In this document: piece by piece, positions 41,201 to 49,817 of the stretch | Position numbering within the stretch: the first letter of the stretch is position 1 | Layout: the number at the start of each line of letters is the position of its first letter | Assembly: GCA_963756895.1 (NCBI GenBank) | Contig: CAVWPI010000001.1 | Span: 50,664 to 114,663, forward strand | Source: an uncultured Actinomycetes bacterium | GTDB lineage: Bacteria; Actinomycetota; Acidimicrobiia; IMCC26256; DASPTH01 | Reading direction: 5' to 3' | DNA length: 64,000 bases | Made by a program: the position numbers and the translations under genes | Notes under the pieces: model-generated | The model's input: the letters and a program-made list of their open reading frames with translations, nothing else | Databases searched by the model: none | Told to the model about the DNA's origin: nothing

Positions 41201-41529
41201 GCAAGCCGGGATCTGCACGCATCCGGGCGATGATCGAGGACTCCGGGTCGGTGGTCGTGGTGTTGGGCTCCCGCAAGGACCTCTACAAGACCGCGCAGCA
41301 GTTCGACGGCCTGGCGCCGTTGGTTCCGGTCGGGTCGTACGTCATCGTCACCGACACGATCGTGAACGGGAACCCGGTCTGGCCCGGCTTCGGGCCCGGG
41401 CCCGCGGAGGGGGTCAAGAAGATCCTCACCCGCAACGGCGACTTCGTCGCCGATCCGGCGCTCGAGAAGTACTCGCTGACGTTCAACCCCGGCGGGTTCC
41501 TCAAGCGCGTGCGCGCAAGCGGCACCTGA
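38237..41529 (+). CDS. four-domain enzyme (MT-fold + TylF-like O-methyltransferase + GT2 + CmcI-like), copy 1, one frame break
   Basis: ATG at 38237 (MFPFWDVAIAPVL) in ORF 37982..39976. After ~39900-39945 it continues in ORF 39313..41529 (DLTVVVVFYNMSREAQRTL...). It is colinear over its whole length with the intact paralog 53652..56912. Confidence 0.7.
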
Positions 41530-41631
41530 CCCGAGTCCGAGCGACCTCGGGCCCGCCGCAGCTAGCTCAGCGGTCGCCGCATCGGAGAGCGCCCAACGCG
41601 GGCCGCGACGACCTGCATCTACACTCCGGGG

Positions 41632-43239
41632 GTGGCGACCAGGGCGGGGGACGTTCACGCGCGTCCGTGGTCAGGGCGTGCAGGATCGTGGCTCGCCGCG
41701 CACGCGGTGGAGATCGTCTTCGCGCTCCTCGTCGTGGCCGCGTTCGCGTACTCGTTGCGCATCAGCCGGTCGTTCTACTTCTACGTCGACGACTGGCGCG
41801 GGTTCGAGCAGGGCACCTCGCTGGGTGGGTTGTTCCGTCCGTACAACGACCAGATGGGCGTCGTCATCATCGGCACCTATCGCGCGCTGGCCGAGCTGTT
41901 CGGCATCGCCTTCACGCCGTTCCGGGTGCTCGGAATCGTGGGCCTCTTCACGGTGCCGGCGGCCTACTTCCTGACGACGCGACGCCAGTTCGGCGCCGTC
42001 CTGGCCGCGCTGCTGGCGCTCCCGCTGCTCTGGTACGGCCGCTACGTCTCGCTCAACCCCAGCCAGCTCGACCACTTCCTCGCCCTGCTCGGCGGCATCG
42101 GATGCGCCGCGGCGCTCAACCGGGGACGGCGGGCCGATTGGGTGCTCGCCGGCTCGCTGGCCTTCGCCCTCGCCTCGGGCGGTGCCGGCGTGGCGGTGGC
42201 CGCCGCCTGCGGCGTGCACAACCTGTGCACGAGAGCGCCGCTGCGACGTTGGCTCGCCGTGCTGGTCCCGGCGCTCGCCTGGTTCGCCTGGTGGTTGATC
42301 GAAGTCGGGCAGGCGTCCCAGGCCAAGGTCCAGGCGATGACGCTCTCCGAGGCGCTGCAGTTCGTCCGCGACGTCGTCTACACGCCCTTCGACAGCGCTG
42401 CCCTCGGCTTCGGTGTGCTGGCCATGTTGCTGGCGGCTGCCTTCGTCGCGTACGGCATCTGGATCCTGTCGAGAGGGCTCGACGCCGGTGCCAACTACGT
42501 GGCCTGGTCGATGGGCGCCATCGTCTGGGCGATCGGCCTCGTGAACAGTCGCGGTCTGGGTGCGAGCGTCACGGTGTTCCGCTACCGCTACGTCACCCTC
42601 GTCCTGATCCTGCTCGCGATCGTGCCGCGTCGGCCGATCGTCTGGCCGGCGCGCTTCCCGATCGATCGCGACCGGCGCCTCATCATCCTGGGGGCGCTGG
42701 TCATCCTCCTGCTCGGATCGGCGCGCGGTGTGGCGGTGCGCGACGACCTGCGCGCGGACAGCGACGTCTGGTCGAAGCTCGGACTGGTCACTCGCGGCGA
42801 GACGATGATGGTCAAGCTCGGGCCCGGGGTCGTCCCCGACGACACCGAGCTGTCCTTCGAGATGGGCCGGCTCCGCGCCGCCGAACTGCGTGCCCTGTTC
42901 GCCGACTACGGGAACCCCTTGTCGGCCAGGCGCGCAACGGCGGATCGGTACGTCGCCGAGGGAGGTGTGAGGGTCGATCCCGACGGCACCCGCACCGGCA
43001 GCTGCCGACCCCTGACCCGGCCCTTCACCTACGAGCCGGCCCGGTTCTCCGTCCAGCGCCTGTGGTCGGCGAACACGCCCTTCACGGTCGACGTGCGCCG
43101 CTTCGGCGACCAGTGGATCCGGGTGGGCAGGGGCAGGCCCGGCACGGCCCTCCGGGTCGTGCTCCCCGGCTTCGGGGTCGAGACCCCCTGGCAAGTTCGC
43201 GCGCAGGGCGCCTGCCGAGTCGGGGCGCAGCCGCGCTGA
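41632..43239 (+). CDS. polytopic membrane protein of unknown family (GT-C-like topology)
   Basis: GTG start. About 11 hydrophobic helices followed by a ~150-aa soluble tail. Conserved N-terminal block FYFYVDDWRGFEQG...FRPYNDQMGVV is shared with paralog 50880..52735 (LGFLADDWRLAQRG...FQPYNDTLNVV). Confidence 0.6.
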   Translation: MATRAGDVHARPWSGRAGSWLAAHAVEIVFALLVVAAFAYSLRISRSFYFYVDDWRGFEQGTSLGGLFRPYNDQMGVVIIGTYRALAELFGIAFTPFRVLGIVGLFTVPAAYFLTTRRQFGAVLAALLALPLLWYGRYVSLNPSQLDHFLALLGGIGCAAALNRGRRADWVLAGSLAFALASGGAGVAVAAACGVHNLCTRAPLRRWLAVLVPALAWFAWWLIEVGQASQAKVQAMTLSEALQFVRDVVYTPFDSAALGFGVLAMLLAAAFVAYGIWILSRGLDAGANYVAWSMGAIVWAIGLVNSRGLGASVTVFRYRYVTLVLILLAIVPRRPIVWPARFPIDRDRRLIILGALVILLLGSARGVAVRDDLRADSDVWSKLGLVTRGETMMVKLGPGVVPDDTELSFEMGRLRAAELRALFADYGNPLSARRATADRYVAEGGVRVDPDGTRTGSCRPLTRPFTYEPARFSVQRLWSANTPFTVDVRRFGDQWIRVGRGRPGTALRVVLPGFGVETPWQVRAQGACRVGAQPR

Positions 43240-43280
43240 TCCTCGCTCCCGGCCCCAGAGACTCACCACCTCGAGATCGC

Positions 43281-43322
43281 TACGCTCACGCCCGGGAGGA
43301 TCCGGGGGTTCGTGCCAGGAGG
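43281..43322 (+). promoter_or_regulatory. putative leader: -10-like TACGCT (43281-43286), hairpin cccgggaggatccggg (43291-43306), RBS AGGAGG (43317-43322)
   Basis: Read from the sequence. The same order and spacing occur upstream of 44471. TACGCT fits the actinobacterial TANNNT -10 pattern. Confidence 0.3.
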
Positions 43323-43328
43323 TCGTCG

Positions 43329-44406
43329 ATGCCGCGCTTCCGATGGCGGAGGAACGGAGACGTGGATTACCCGAGCGAGGCGCTGACCGCCGCCGACGCG
43401 TCTCGTGGCCGACGACCGGGTGCTCGACGCAATCGAGCTGCTCACCGCGGCGAACCGCGAGCAGCGGGATGGTGGAATTGCCCGACGGCTGGTCGAGCTG
43501 CGCTCGGCCGCGTTCCTGCAGATGTCGTGGCCCGAGGACCCGCCCGACTGGCCGTCCACCGTGCCGGACCGGTTCCCGGGCGTGCTCGTCCCGGAGATCC
43601 AGGCATCGGCGCTCACGCTCGACGATCTCCGCAGCGCGATCCGGCACCACGGGACGCTGCTCGTCCGCGGTCTGGTCGACCAGGAACGCGTCGCGGTGCT
43701 GATCGACGACGTCGAGCGCGCGCTCGCCGCGTACGACGCGAGGTCCGACGGCGTGACCCGGCCCGATGTCGACGGCTGGTACGAGCCGTTCGAGCGGGGC
43801 GGGGTCACGGTCAAGCAGAAGCACGCCATGCGCAAGCGGGGATCGGTGCTCACCGTGGAGTCCCCGCCGACGATGTTCGACCTCGTCGAGACGTTCGAAG
43901 CGGTCGGCCTCTCGCAACTGGTGCGCGAGTACTTCGGTGAGCCACCGACGCTGCTGGCCCGCAAGGGCACCCTGCGCCGCATCTCGCCCGAGGGCACCTC
44001 GGGTGGCTGGCACCAGGACGGCGCGTTCATGGGGGTCGACATCCGCTCGCTCAATGTCTGGCTGGCGTTGTCGCACTGTGGCGACGACGCGCCGGGTCTC
44101 GACATCGTCGCCCGGCGCCTGACCGGGCTGGTGCAGACGGGAGACGGCGCGTTCGCCGAGTGGGCCGCCAGCCCCGACGCCGCCGCCGACGCCGCGGCCG
44201 GCGCGCTGGTGCGCCCCATCTTCGAGCCGGGCGACGCGCTGATCTTCGACCATCTCAACCTGCATCGCACCGCGATCGACCCAGGCATGCACCACGACCG
44301 GTATGCGATCGAGACGTGGCTGTTCAGCCCCTCCACCTACGGCGGCATGACCACCGACCTGGGCGAGGGCGCCTCCCCGCGCGACCAGATCCCCATCCTC
44401 CTCTGA
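43329..44406 (+). CDS. PhyH-family Fe(II)/2-oxoglutarate dioxygenase with N-terminal helical extension (family member 1), frame break near the 5' end
   Basis: ATG at 43329 gives MPRFRWRRNG, matching MPRFPWRRNG of the next copy. After ~43395 the protein continues in ORF 43405..44406 (DRVLDAIELLTAANR...). Core motifs: WHQDGAF (HxD), NVWLALSHCGDDAPGLDIV, PGDALIFDHLNLHRTA and AIETWLFSPSTY. Confidence 0.7.
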
Positions 44407-44423
44407 CCGCACGGCTCGCTCGC

Positions 44424-44463
44424 TACGCTTTCGCGCCGGGACGTTCCCGGCCCCGCCAGGAGG
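44424..44463 (+). promoter_or_regulatory. putative leader: -10-like TACGCT (44424-44429), hairpin gccgggacgttcccggc (44435-44451), RBS AGGAGG (44458-44463)
   Basis: Read from the sequence. It parallels 43281..43322, with a different stem sequence at the same position. Confidence 0.3.
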
Positions 44464-44470
44464 TTCTCGG

Positions 44471-45536
44471 ATGCCGCGCTTCCCCTGGCGCAGGAACGGA
44501 CGGACGAGCGCCACCGAGCGGCAGCTCGCGGCCGCGGAACGACTGGTCGCGGAGGGTCGACTGCTGGACGCGATCGACCGGTTGACCCGGGCGAACACCA
44601 CCGCCCGTGACCGCGCCATCGAGCAACGGCTGGTCGAGCTGCGCTCCGACGCCTTCCTGGCGCGGTCGTGGTCCGGAGCGCGCCCGGCGTGGCCGGAAAC
44701 CGTGCCCGATCTCTTCCCTGGCGCCTCGGTACCGGAGTTGGCGCGCGACGACCTCACGGTCGAGCACCTCCGGAGCGCGATCGACCACCACGGTCTGCTG
44801 CTCGTCCGTGGGTTGGTGGACGACGAACGCGTCGCGGTCCTGGTCGACGACATCGACCGCGCCCTCGCCGCCTACGACGCGCACCGCGATGGCGTGGTCC
44901 GGAACGACGTCGACGGCTGGTACGTCCCCTTCGCCCGCGACCACATCAGCGACCGCGCCCGCAAGCGGATGCGCGGCTCGGTCATGACGGTCGAGTCGCC
45001 GCCGACGATGTTCGACCTCCTGCAGACCTTCGAGGAGGTCGGTCTCTCGCGCCTGGTGCGCGAGTACTTCGCCGAGCCGCCCATGCTCCTGGCCCGCAAG
45101 GGAACGCTCCGGCGCGTCTCGAGCGACGGCAACACCGGCGGCTGGCACCAGGACGGCGCGTTCATGGGGACCGACATCCGGTCCCTGAACGTCTGGCTGG
45201 CGTTGACGCACTGCGGCGACGACGCGCCGGGCCTCGACGTCGTCGCCCGCCGCCTCACCGAGCTGGTCCCGACCGGCGGCGCGTTCGCGCTGGGCGACCA
45301 GCCCGGATGCGGCCGAGGACGTCGCCGCGGGCGCGCTGGTGCGACCCGTGTTCGAGGCCGGCGACGCGCTGATCTTCGACCACCTGAACCTGCATCGCAC
45401 CGCCATCGATCCCGGGATGGAGCACGACCGCCACGCGATCGAGACCTGGCTCTTCAGTCCCTCGACGTACGGGGCCATGACCACCGATGTCGAGGAGGGG
45501 TACTCCCCGCGGGATCAGATCCCGGTCGTGTTCTGA
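44471..45536 (+). CDS. PhyH-family Fe(II)/2OG dioxygenase with N-terminal extension (family member 2), frame break near 45290
   Basis: ORF 44471..46534 carries the N-terminus and core up to ...ELVPTGGAFA. The conserved C-terminus (VRPVFEAGDALIFDHLNLHRTAIDPGMEHDRHAIETWLFSPSTY) is in ORF 45339..45536. Confidence 0.7.
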
Positions 45537-46243
45537 GTCCGGCGCTTCCGGACGAGCTCCTGGGCGAACGCGTAGAGGTCGATGTCGAGCGCGTTGTCCT
45601 CGGCGATGCGGGCGCGGAAGGCGTCGCTCACCTCGACCGGGGCAGTGCGGTTCGCATGGGTGAACCCGCCGAGCTGCCAGCCGAAGCGGGCGATGAGCTC
45701 GGTGACGAAGTCCTCGAACGTGGCCTGGTCTCCGACCGCGTCGACCCGACCGAGGTTGTCCTTGGCCTGTTCGAGGCGCTCCGGGGTGAACACCATCGGC
45801 GTGAGGACCCCGTCGGTCATCTCCTGAGGGGTGATGGAGAACATCTTCACCATGTGGTTGTGCACGAGGCCCTCGTAACGCAGTGGGTCCTCGTAGATGT
45901 CCTCGAGCGGCCGGTCCGCTTCGCCCGGTGTGGTCTCGCGGTGGTGGCGGAGGTAGGAGAGCGTGCGCTCCACCGGTTCGCGCAGCACCGTCAGCGTGGT
46001 GAAGTCGGCATCGAGGAGCTCGACCGTGCACAGCGGGAAGTGGCCGGTGATGACGCGGATCCGGTCGCGGTCCGTGCGCCACCGCTCGAGGAGGTGCTCG
46101 ACGGTGATGACCGCGTGGACGTTGCCCTTGTCGGCCTCGAGCGGGTAGATCGCCCCCCGACCGAACTCCTTGCGGAGTCGGAACAGGAGGCTGGTCCCGG
46201 CCGCCTTCTGGACGTGCACGAAGAAGAACCGCTGCGGGCTCAC
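45515..46243 (-). CDS. sulfotransferase (family-2-like, F-F-V-H-x-x-K-x-x-G-T-S type)
   Basis: ORF 45515..46360. GTG at 46243 forms a GTGA overlap with the upstream stop. Motifs FFFVHVQKAAGTS and TVLREPVERTLSYL. Confidence 0.75.
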   Translation of the reverse strand: MSPQRFFFVHVQKAAGTSLLFRLRKEFGRGAIYPLEADKGNVHAVITVEHLLERWRTDRDRIRVITGHFPLCTVELLDADFTTLTVLREPVERTLSYLRHHRETTPGEADRPLEDIYEDPLRYEGLVHNHMVKMFSITPQEMTDGVLTPMVFTPERLEQAKDNLGRVDAVGDQATFEDFVTELIARFGWQLGGFTHANRTAPVEVSDAFRARIAEDNALDIDLYAFAQELVRKRRTQNTTGI

Positions 46244-46974
46244 GAGCTCGTCCCGGCCCGGCGCCGACGCGCGTGGAGCCGTTGCGCGTGTTCGTACAGC
46301 GCCACATCGGCCGCGTTGTCCTCGGCGATCCGCTTCCGGAAGCTCGAGGAGACGTCCCAATCCTCGCGGCTCACGCGGCGATTGCCGGCGCGGTCGAACC
46401 GCCAGCCGAACCGCTCACGGAGCTCCTCCACGAACTCCCCGTACTGCTCCTGGACTCCGAGCACGTCGACCTGTTCCAGGTTCGCCTTCGCCAGCTCGAG
46501 CCGCCGATCGTCGATCTCGATCACGTCCAGGTAGCTCTCGACGTGGTCGGCCTCGGTGATCGAGAAGATCTTCGTCTGGTGGTTCTCGACGAAGCACGCG
46601 AAGTGGAAGTGGTCGTGGTAGATCTCCTCCAGGCTCAGATCGCGGTGCTGCTCGTGGTAGCGCTTGCAGTGCTTGAGGTACGAGATCGTGCGTTCGACCG
46701 GATCACGCAGGAGCGTGAACGTCACCGGGTCGACGTCGACGAGCTGGGACAGGACGTACGGGTAATGGCCCATGTAGCCGCGCAGGGCGGCGCGGCGCTC
46801 CGGAGGAAGGGTGAGCACGTACTCGAGCAACCACGTGCGGTCCATGTCGTCGACCTTGGGCACCGGGAAGACCTCACCGGGCTCGTAGTTCGTGTAGATG
46901 TGCTTGCGGAGCGTCGCACCGCCCGTCTTCATGACGTGCACGAAGAAGAACGGTCGATGGTTGGCTTCGCTCAT
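46240..46974 (-). CDS. sulfotransferase (family-2-like), paralog of 45515..46243
   Basis: ORF 46240..46998; ATG at 46974 or 46998. Motifs FFFVHVMKTGGAT and TLLRDPVERTISYL. Confidence 0.75.
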   Translation of the reverse strand: MSEANHRPFFFVHVMKTGGATLRKHIYTNYEPGEVFPVPKVDDMDRTWLLEYVLTLPPERRAALRGYMGHYPYVLSQLVDVDPVTFTLLRDPVERTISYLKHCKRYHEQHRDLSLEEIYHDHFHFACFVENHQTKIFSITEADHVESYLDVIEIDDRRLELAKANLEQVDVLGVQEQYGEFVEELRERFGWRFDRAGNRRVSREDWDVSSSFRKRIAEDNAADVALYEHAQRLHARRRRAGTSS

Positions 46975-47105
46975 GCACCCCTCGCCTTGGGACGACATCT
47001 CGCGATGGGCCCCGAGAGCTCGTGTTCGACGGAACGCTATCGTGGGCCGCGTTCACGACGAACGTGCTCGCCGGGAACCCCCCGTCGCACCCGGGAGACT
47101 GTTGC

Positions 47106-47537
47106 ATGCCGAACTGGGTGATGGTACCGGTACCGGCGGAGTACGAGTTGAGTGTGCTCGAGCGCGTCCTCGTCCTCGGCATGTCCGCGAGTGGCGGCGT
47201 GACGTGGTCACCCGAGCTGCTGGCCCGGCACCTCGCGGCGCTCGCGCCCGATACCCGTGCCTTCGTGCGCGCCATCGCGCAGGCCGTCGTCGCCAACCAG
47301 CCGGTCGAGGACGTCGAGCTGGCGGAGCGGTTCGCGATCAGCGTGCGTGAGGTGCTCGGCCTCGCGCACGAGGTCAACGACGCGACCGTCGATCCCTTCC
47401 CGGGCGTGATCGTCACGGTGCAGTCCGCGACGGTCGAGGGCGAAGACGGCAGTCGCCGACGCGTCCTGCGGATGAGCCCGCTGGTCGCCGTGGCCATCTG
47501 CGACCTGCCCGTCGAACCAGGGTCGGCCGACAGCTAG
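47106..47537 (+). CDS. hypothetical small protein (143 aa)
   Basis: ATG at 47106 inside ORF 47022..47537, preceded by gggaga. The composition looks coding, and it is the only plus-strand ORF in this stretch that is not antisense to a recognised gene. The segment DVELAERFAISVREVLGLAHEVN is weakly HTH-like. No family recognised. Confidence 0.4.
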   Translation: MPNWVMVPVPAEYELSVLERVLVLGMSASGGVTWSPELLARHLAALAPDTRAFVRAIAQAVVANQPVEDVELAERFAISVREVLGLAHEVNDATVDPFPGVIVTVQSATVEGEDGSRRRVLRMSPLVAVAICDLPVEPGSADS

Positions 47538-48556
47538 GAGGCCGGGTCCGACTCGTCGGAGTCGAGCATCTCGCCCAGTCGCTCGATCCGCCGCCGGAGC
47601 CGAGCGTCGCGCCGGCGGTCGAACGCGAAGAACGCCTGGAGGTCGTACGCGTCCAGCTCGTCCGTCTCGTCGACCTGGTCCGGCACTCCCACCAGCTCGA
47701 ACCGCTGGAACGGGACGATCTCGTAGTCGAGTCCCTTCCAGTAGTACTGGTACCGGTCGGACTTCCACCCTGCGTAGATGTCGTCCCACGTGAGGCGCTC
47801 GAAGTGCGGACGGAGGCAGGTCTCGGTGAGCGCCTCGCCCTCGAGCTGGTAGCGGAAGTCGACCGACACGCGCATGAAGACCTCGCTGGCGTTGTGCAGC
47901 GCCGCGTGGACCGTGTGCGAGTGGAAGACGACGACGTCTCCGACCGAGTAGTCGGTCGTCACCCACCGCAGCTCCTCGAGCATCTGCTCCGGCAGCACCG
48001 CCTTGCGGTTGCCGGGGCCGCGATCCGGCGCGAGGGGCAGCAGACCGTGGCGATGGGAGCCGCGCAGCACGGCGAGCCCACCGAGCTCCTGTGGGCATTC
48101 GCCGACGGGGACCCACGCCGCGGTGAGGTTCGGGGTCCCCTGGTTGTTGGGGTAGTCCTGGTGCGGTGGCGTCGAGATCTCGTAGTGAGCGGGGAACCCG
48201 AGCCGGGCGATCTTCAGGGGGTGTGGGAACGCGCTGTCGCCGAGGAGCTGACGCATGATGTCGAGCAGCGTCTCGTCGTGCGCCAGGCTGTGGAACTCCT
48301 CGAGCCGCTGCACCTCGTCGTAGACGCGGAAGTAGTCCTCCTCGCCCTCCTGGGCCGGCGGAGCGATCGCCACGCCGCGCATGAGGTAGGGCTTCTTCCG
48401 CACCCAGCCCTGATCGGCGAGGGTGTTGAGCATGCGGCGGCGCAGCGCCTCGATCGTGTCGACGTCGAGGACGCCCTTGAAGTAGAGGTACGAGTCCTCG
48501 TCGAACCGCGCCCGGAGCGCGTCGCGATCGCCCAACAGGTCGTTGGACTCGCGCAT
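47534..48556 (-). CDS. PhyH-family Fe(II)/2OG dioxygenase, distinct subtype without the N-terminal extension
   Basis: C-terminal part of ORF 47534..49681. Start at ATG 48556 (MRESNDLL) or GTG 48583. Motifs PPHQDYP (HxD), VVVFHSHTVHAALHN and RVSVDFRY. Confidence 0.75.
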   Translation of the reverse strand: MRESNDLLGDRDALRARFDEDSYLYFKGVLDVDTIEALRRRMLNTLADQGWVRKKPYLMRGVAIAPPAQEGEEDYFRVYDEVQRLEEFHSLAHDETLLDIMRQLLGDSAFPHPLKIARLGFPAHYEISTPPHQDYPNNQGTPNLTAAWVPVGECPQELGGLAVLRGSHRHGLLPLAPDRGPGNRKAVLPEQMLEELRWVTTDYSVGDVVVFHSHTVHAALHNASEVFMRVSVDFRYQLEGEALTETCLRPHFERLTWDDIYAGWKSDRYQYYWKGLDYEIVPFQRFELVGVPDQVDETDELDAYDLQAFFAFDRRRDARLRRRIERLGEMLDSDESDPAS

Positions 48557-48585
48557 GGGGAGGAAGGCCCAGTAGTTGTTCACCG

Positions 48586-49681
48586 TCAGGCGACGAGCGG
48601 CACGTACTGCCCCGGATACGCCGACGGAGCGAAGAACCACGTCTCGATCGCGTAGCGCTGGCGGGTCATCGACGGCTCGGTCGCGGTGCGATGGAGGAAG
48701 AATTCGTCGAAGAGGAGCACGTCGCCGGGCTCGTACTCGGGCCGCACGACCGGCGCCGATGCGGAGACCCGCTCGACGACACCGGGACCGACGGCCCAGT
48801 CGAAGATCGCGCCTTCGGTGCCCGTCTCCAGGATGTGATCGATGCGTCTGGGCACGACGTCGAGGCCCGGGTGCGTCCCGTCCGCACTCCGACAGACAGA
48901 GCCAGACGTTGACGGTGCGGATCCCGCTGCCGAGGAACGATCCGTCCTGATGCCAGTCGGTGCTCGCGCTCGCGCCGACGCGGCGCAACGTGCACTTGTC
49001 GACGGTCATCGCCGGCCGTTCGCCCAGATACCCGGTGACGACCTCACCCAGGCCCGCTTCGTCGAGCGTCTCCAGGAGGTTGAACATCATCCGCGGCGAG
49101 TCGGCGCCCCACACGCCGTCGGCCATGCGAACCCACTTGCGCCCTTGTGCGACCTTGTGGCGCATCTCCGCCGGGTAGGAGTCGCTGGCGCGGAACGGCT
49201 CGAACCAGGGGCTGAGCGTGCCCGCGTCCAACCGGGCGCGATGGTTCTCGGCGTCCTCGAACGCGTGGTCGATGCCGTCGATCAGCTCGCGGACGCGGGG
49301 CTCGCCGACCGCTCCCCGGACGAGCAGTGAACCGTGCGACAGGATGCCGCTGCGGAGCACCGCCGGTGTGAGCTCGTCCGACGACACCATCGGCGGCACG
49401 CTCTCGATGGGGGCGAACTGCTCGGCGACGGGAGGCGACACTGCCGATCCGGAACGGTCGAGGTGATCGAACGCCACGTGCCGCAACCGCACGAGCTCAC
49501 GCTCGACGTCGCCGTCGGGCCGGGCCCGGTTCGCGTCCATGAGCAGGTCGATCGCGTCGAGCGGCCGTCCGTCCGCCTCGATCGCCGCCGCGGCGTCCAA
49601 CGACGCAGCTGTCTCATCTGTCGCCTTCTCATCGGCCGCACCGTCCAGCCCCGCGGGCTCCTGCCGATTCCGGGATCTCAT
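48586..49681 (-). CDS. PhyH-family Fe(II)/2OG dioxygenase with N-terminal extension (family member 3), frame break near 48866
   Basis: N-terminus and core in ORF 47534..49681 (GRPLDAIDLLMDANR...WHQDGSF...NVWLCLSECGRDAPG). The C-terminus is in ORF 48586..48855 (LDVVPRRIDHILETGTEG...PGDVLLFDEFFLHRTA...AIETWFFAPSAY). Confidence 0.7.
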
Positions 49682-49817
49682 CGATCAGGACCTCCCCTCC
49701 GCTGCAGACGGGTTCCCGAGGATACCCGCGGCCCAAACCTCCCGCCGAGGTCGCCCACGGGCGCTTGGTACGCTCGCGCGCCTCGTCAGACACTGGTCGA
49801 CCACCGGAATGTGAGTC

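Larger units (their letters stand above)
43263..45536 (+). repeat. tandem duplication of a leader-plus-dioxygenase gene unit (two ~1.1-kb copies)
   Basis: The encoded proteins are highly similar (e.g. VESPPTMFDLVETFEAVGLSQLVREYFGEPPTLLARKGTLRR vs VESPPTMFDLLQTFEEVGLSRLVREYFAEPPMLLARKGTLRR). Both leaders share tcgctacgct, a hairpin and ccaggagg. Confidence 0.8.

Noticed and set aside
41560-41567. Short perfect palindromes (agctagct at 41560-41567; ggtcgacc near 49793) as possible operator sites.
   Set aside because: Each occurs once, is 8 bp long and has no partner half-site or repetition upstream of other genes in the locus.
46240-46974. Possible horizontally acquired island, based on the seemingly lower GC and more Lys/Tyr/His/Asn-rich sulfotransferase gene.
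   Set aside because: This impression rests on amino-acid composition only. I cannot compute GC skew or codon statistics here. The gene is translationally coupled (GTGA) to its paralog, and no flanking repeats or mobility genes are present.
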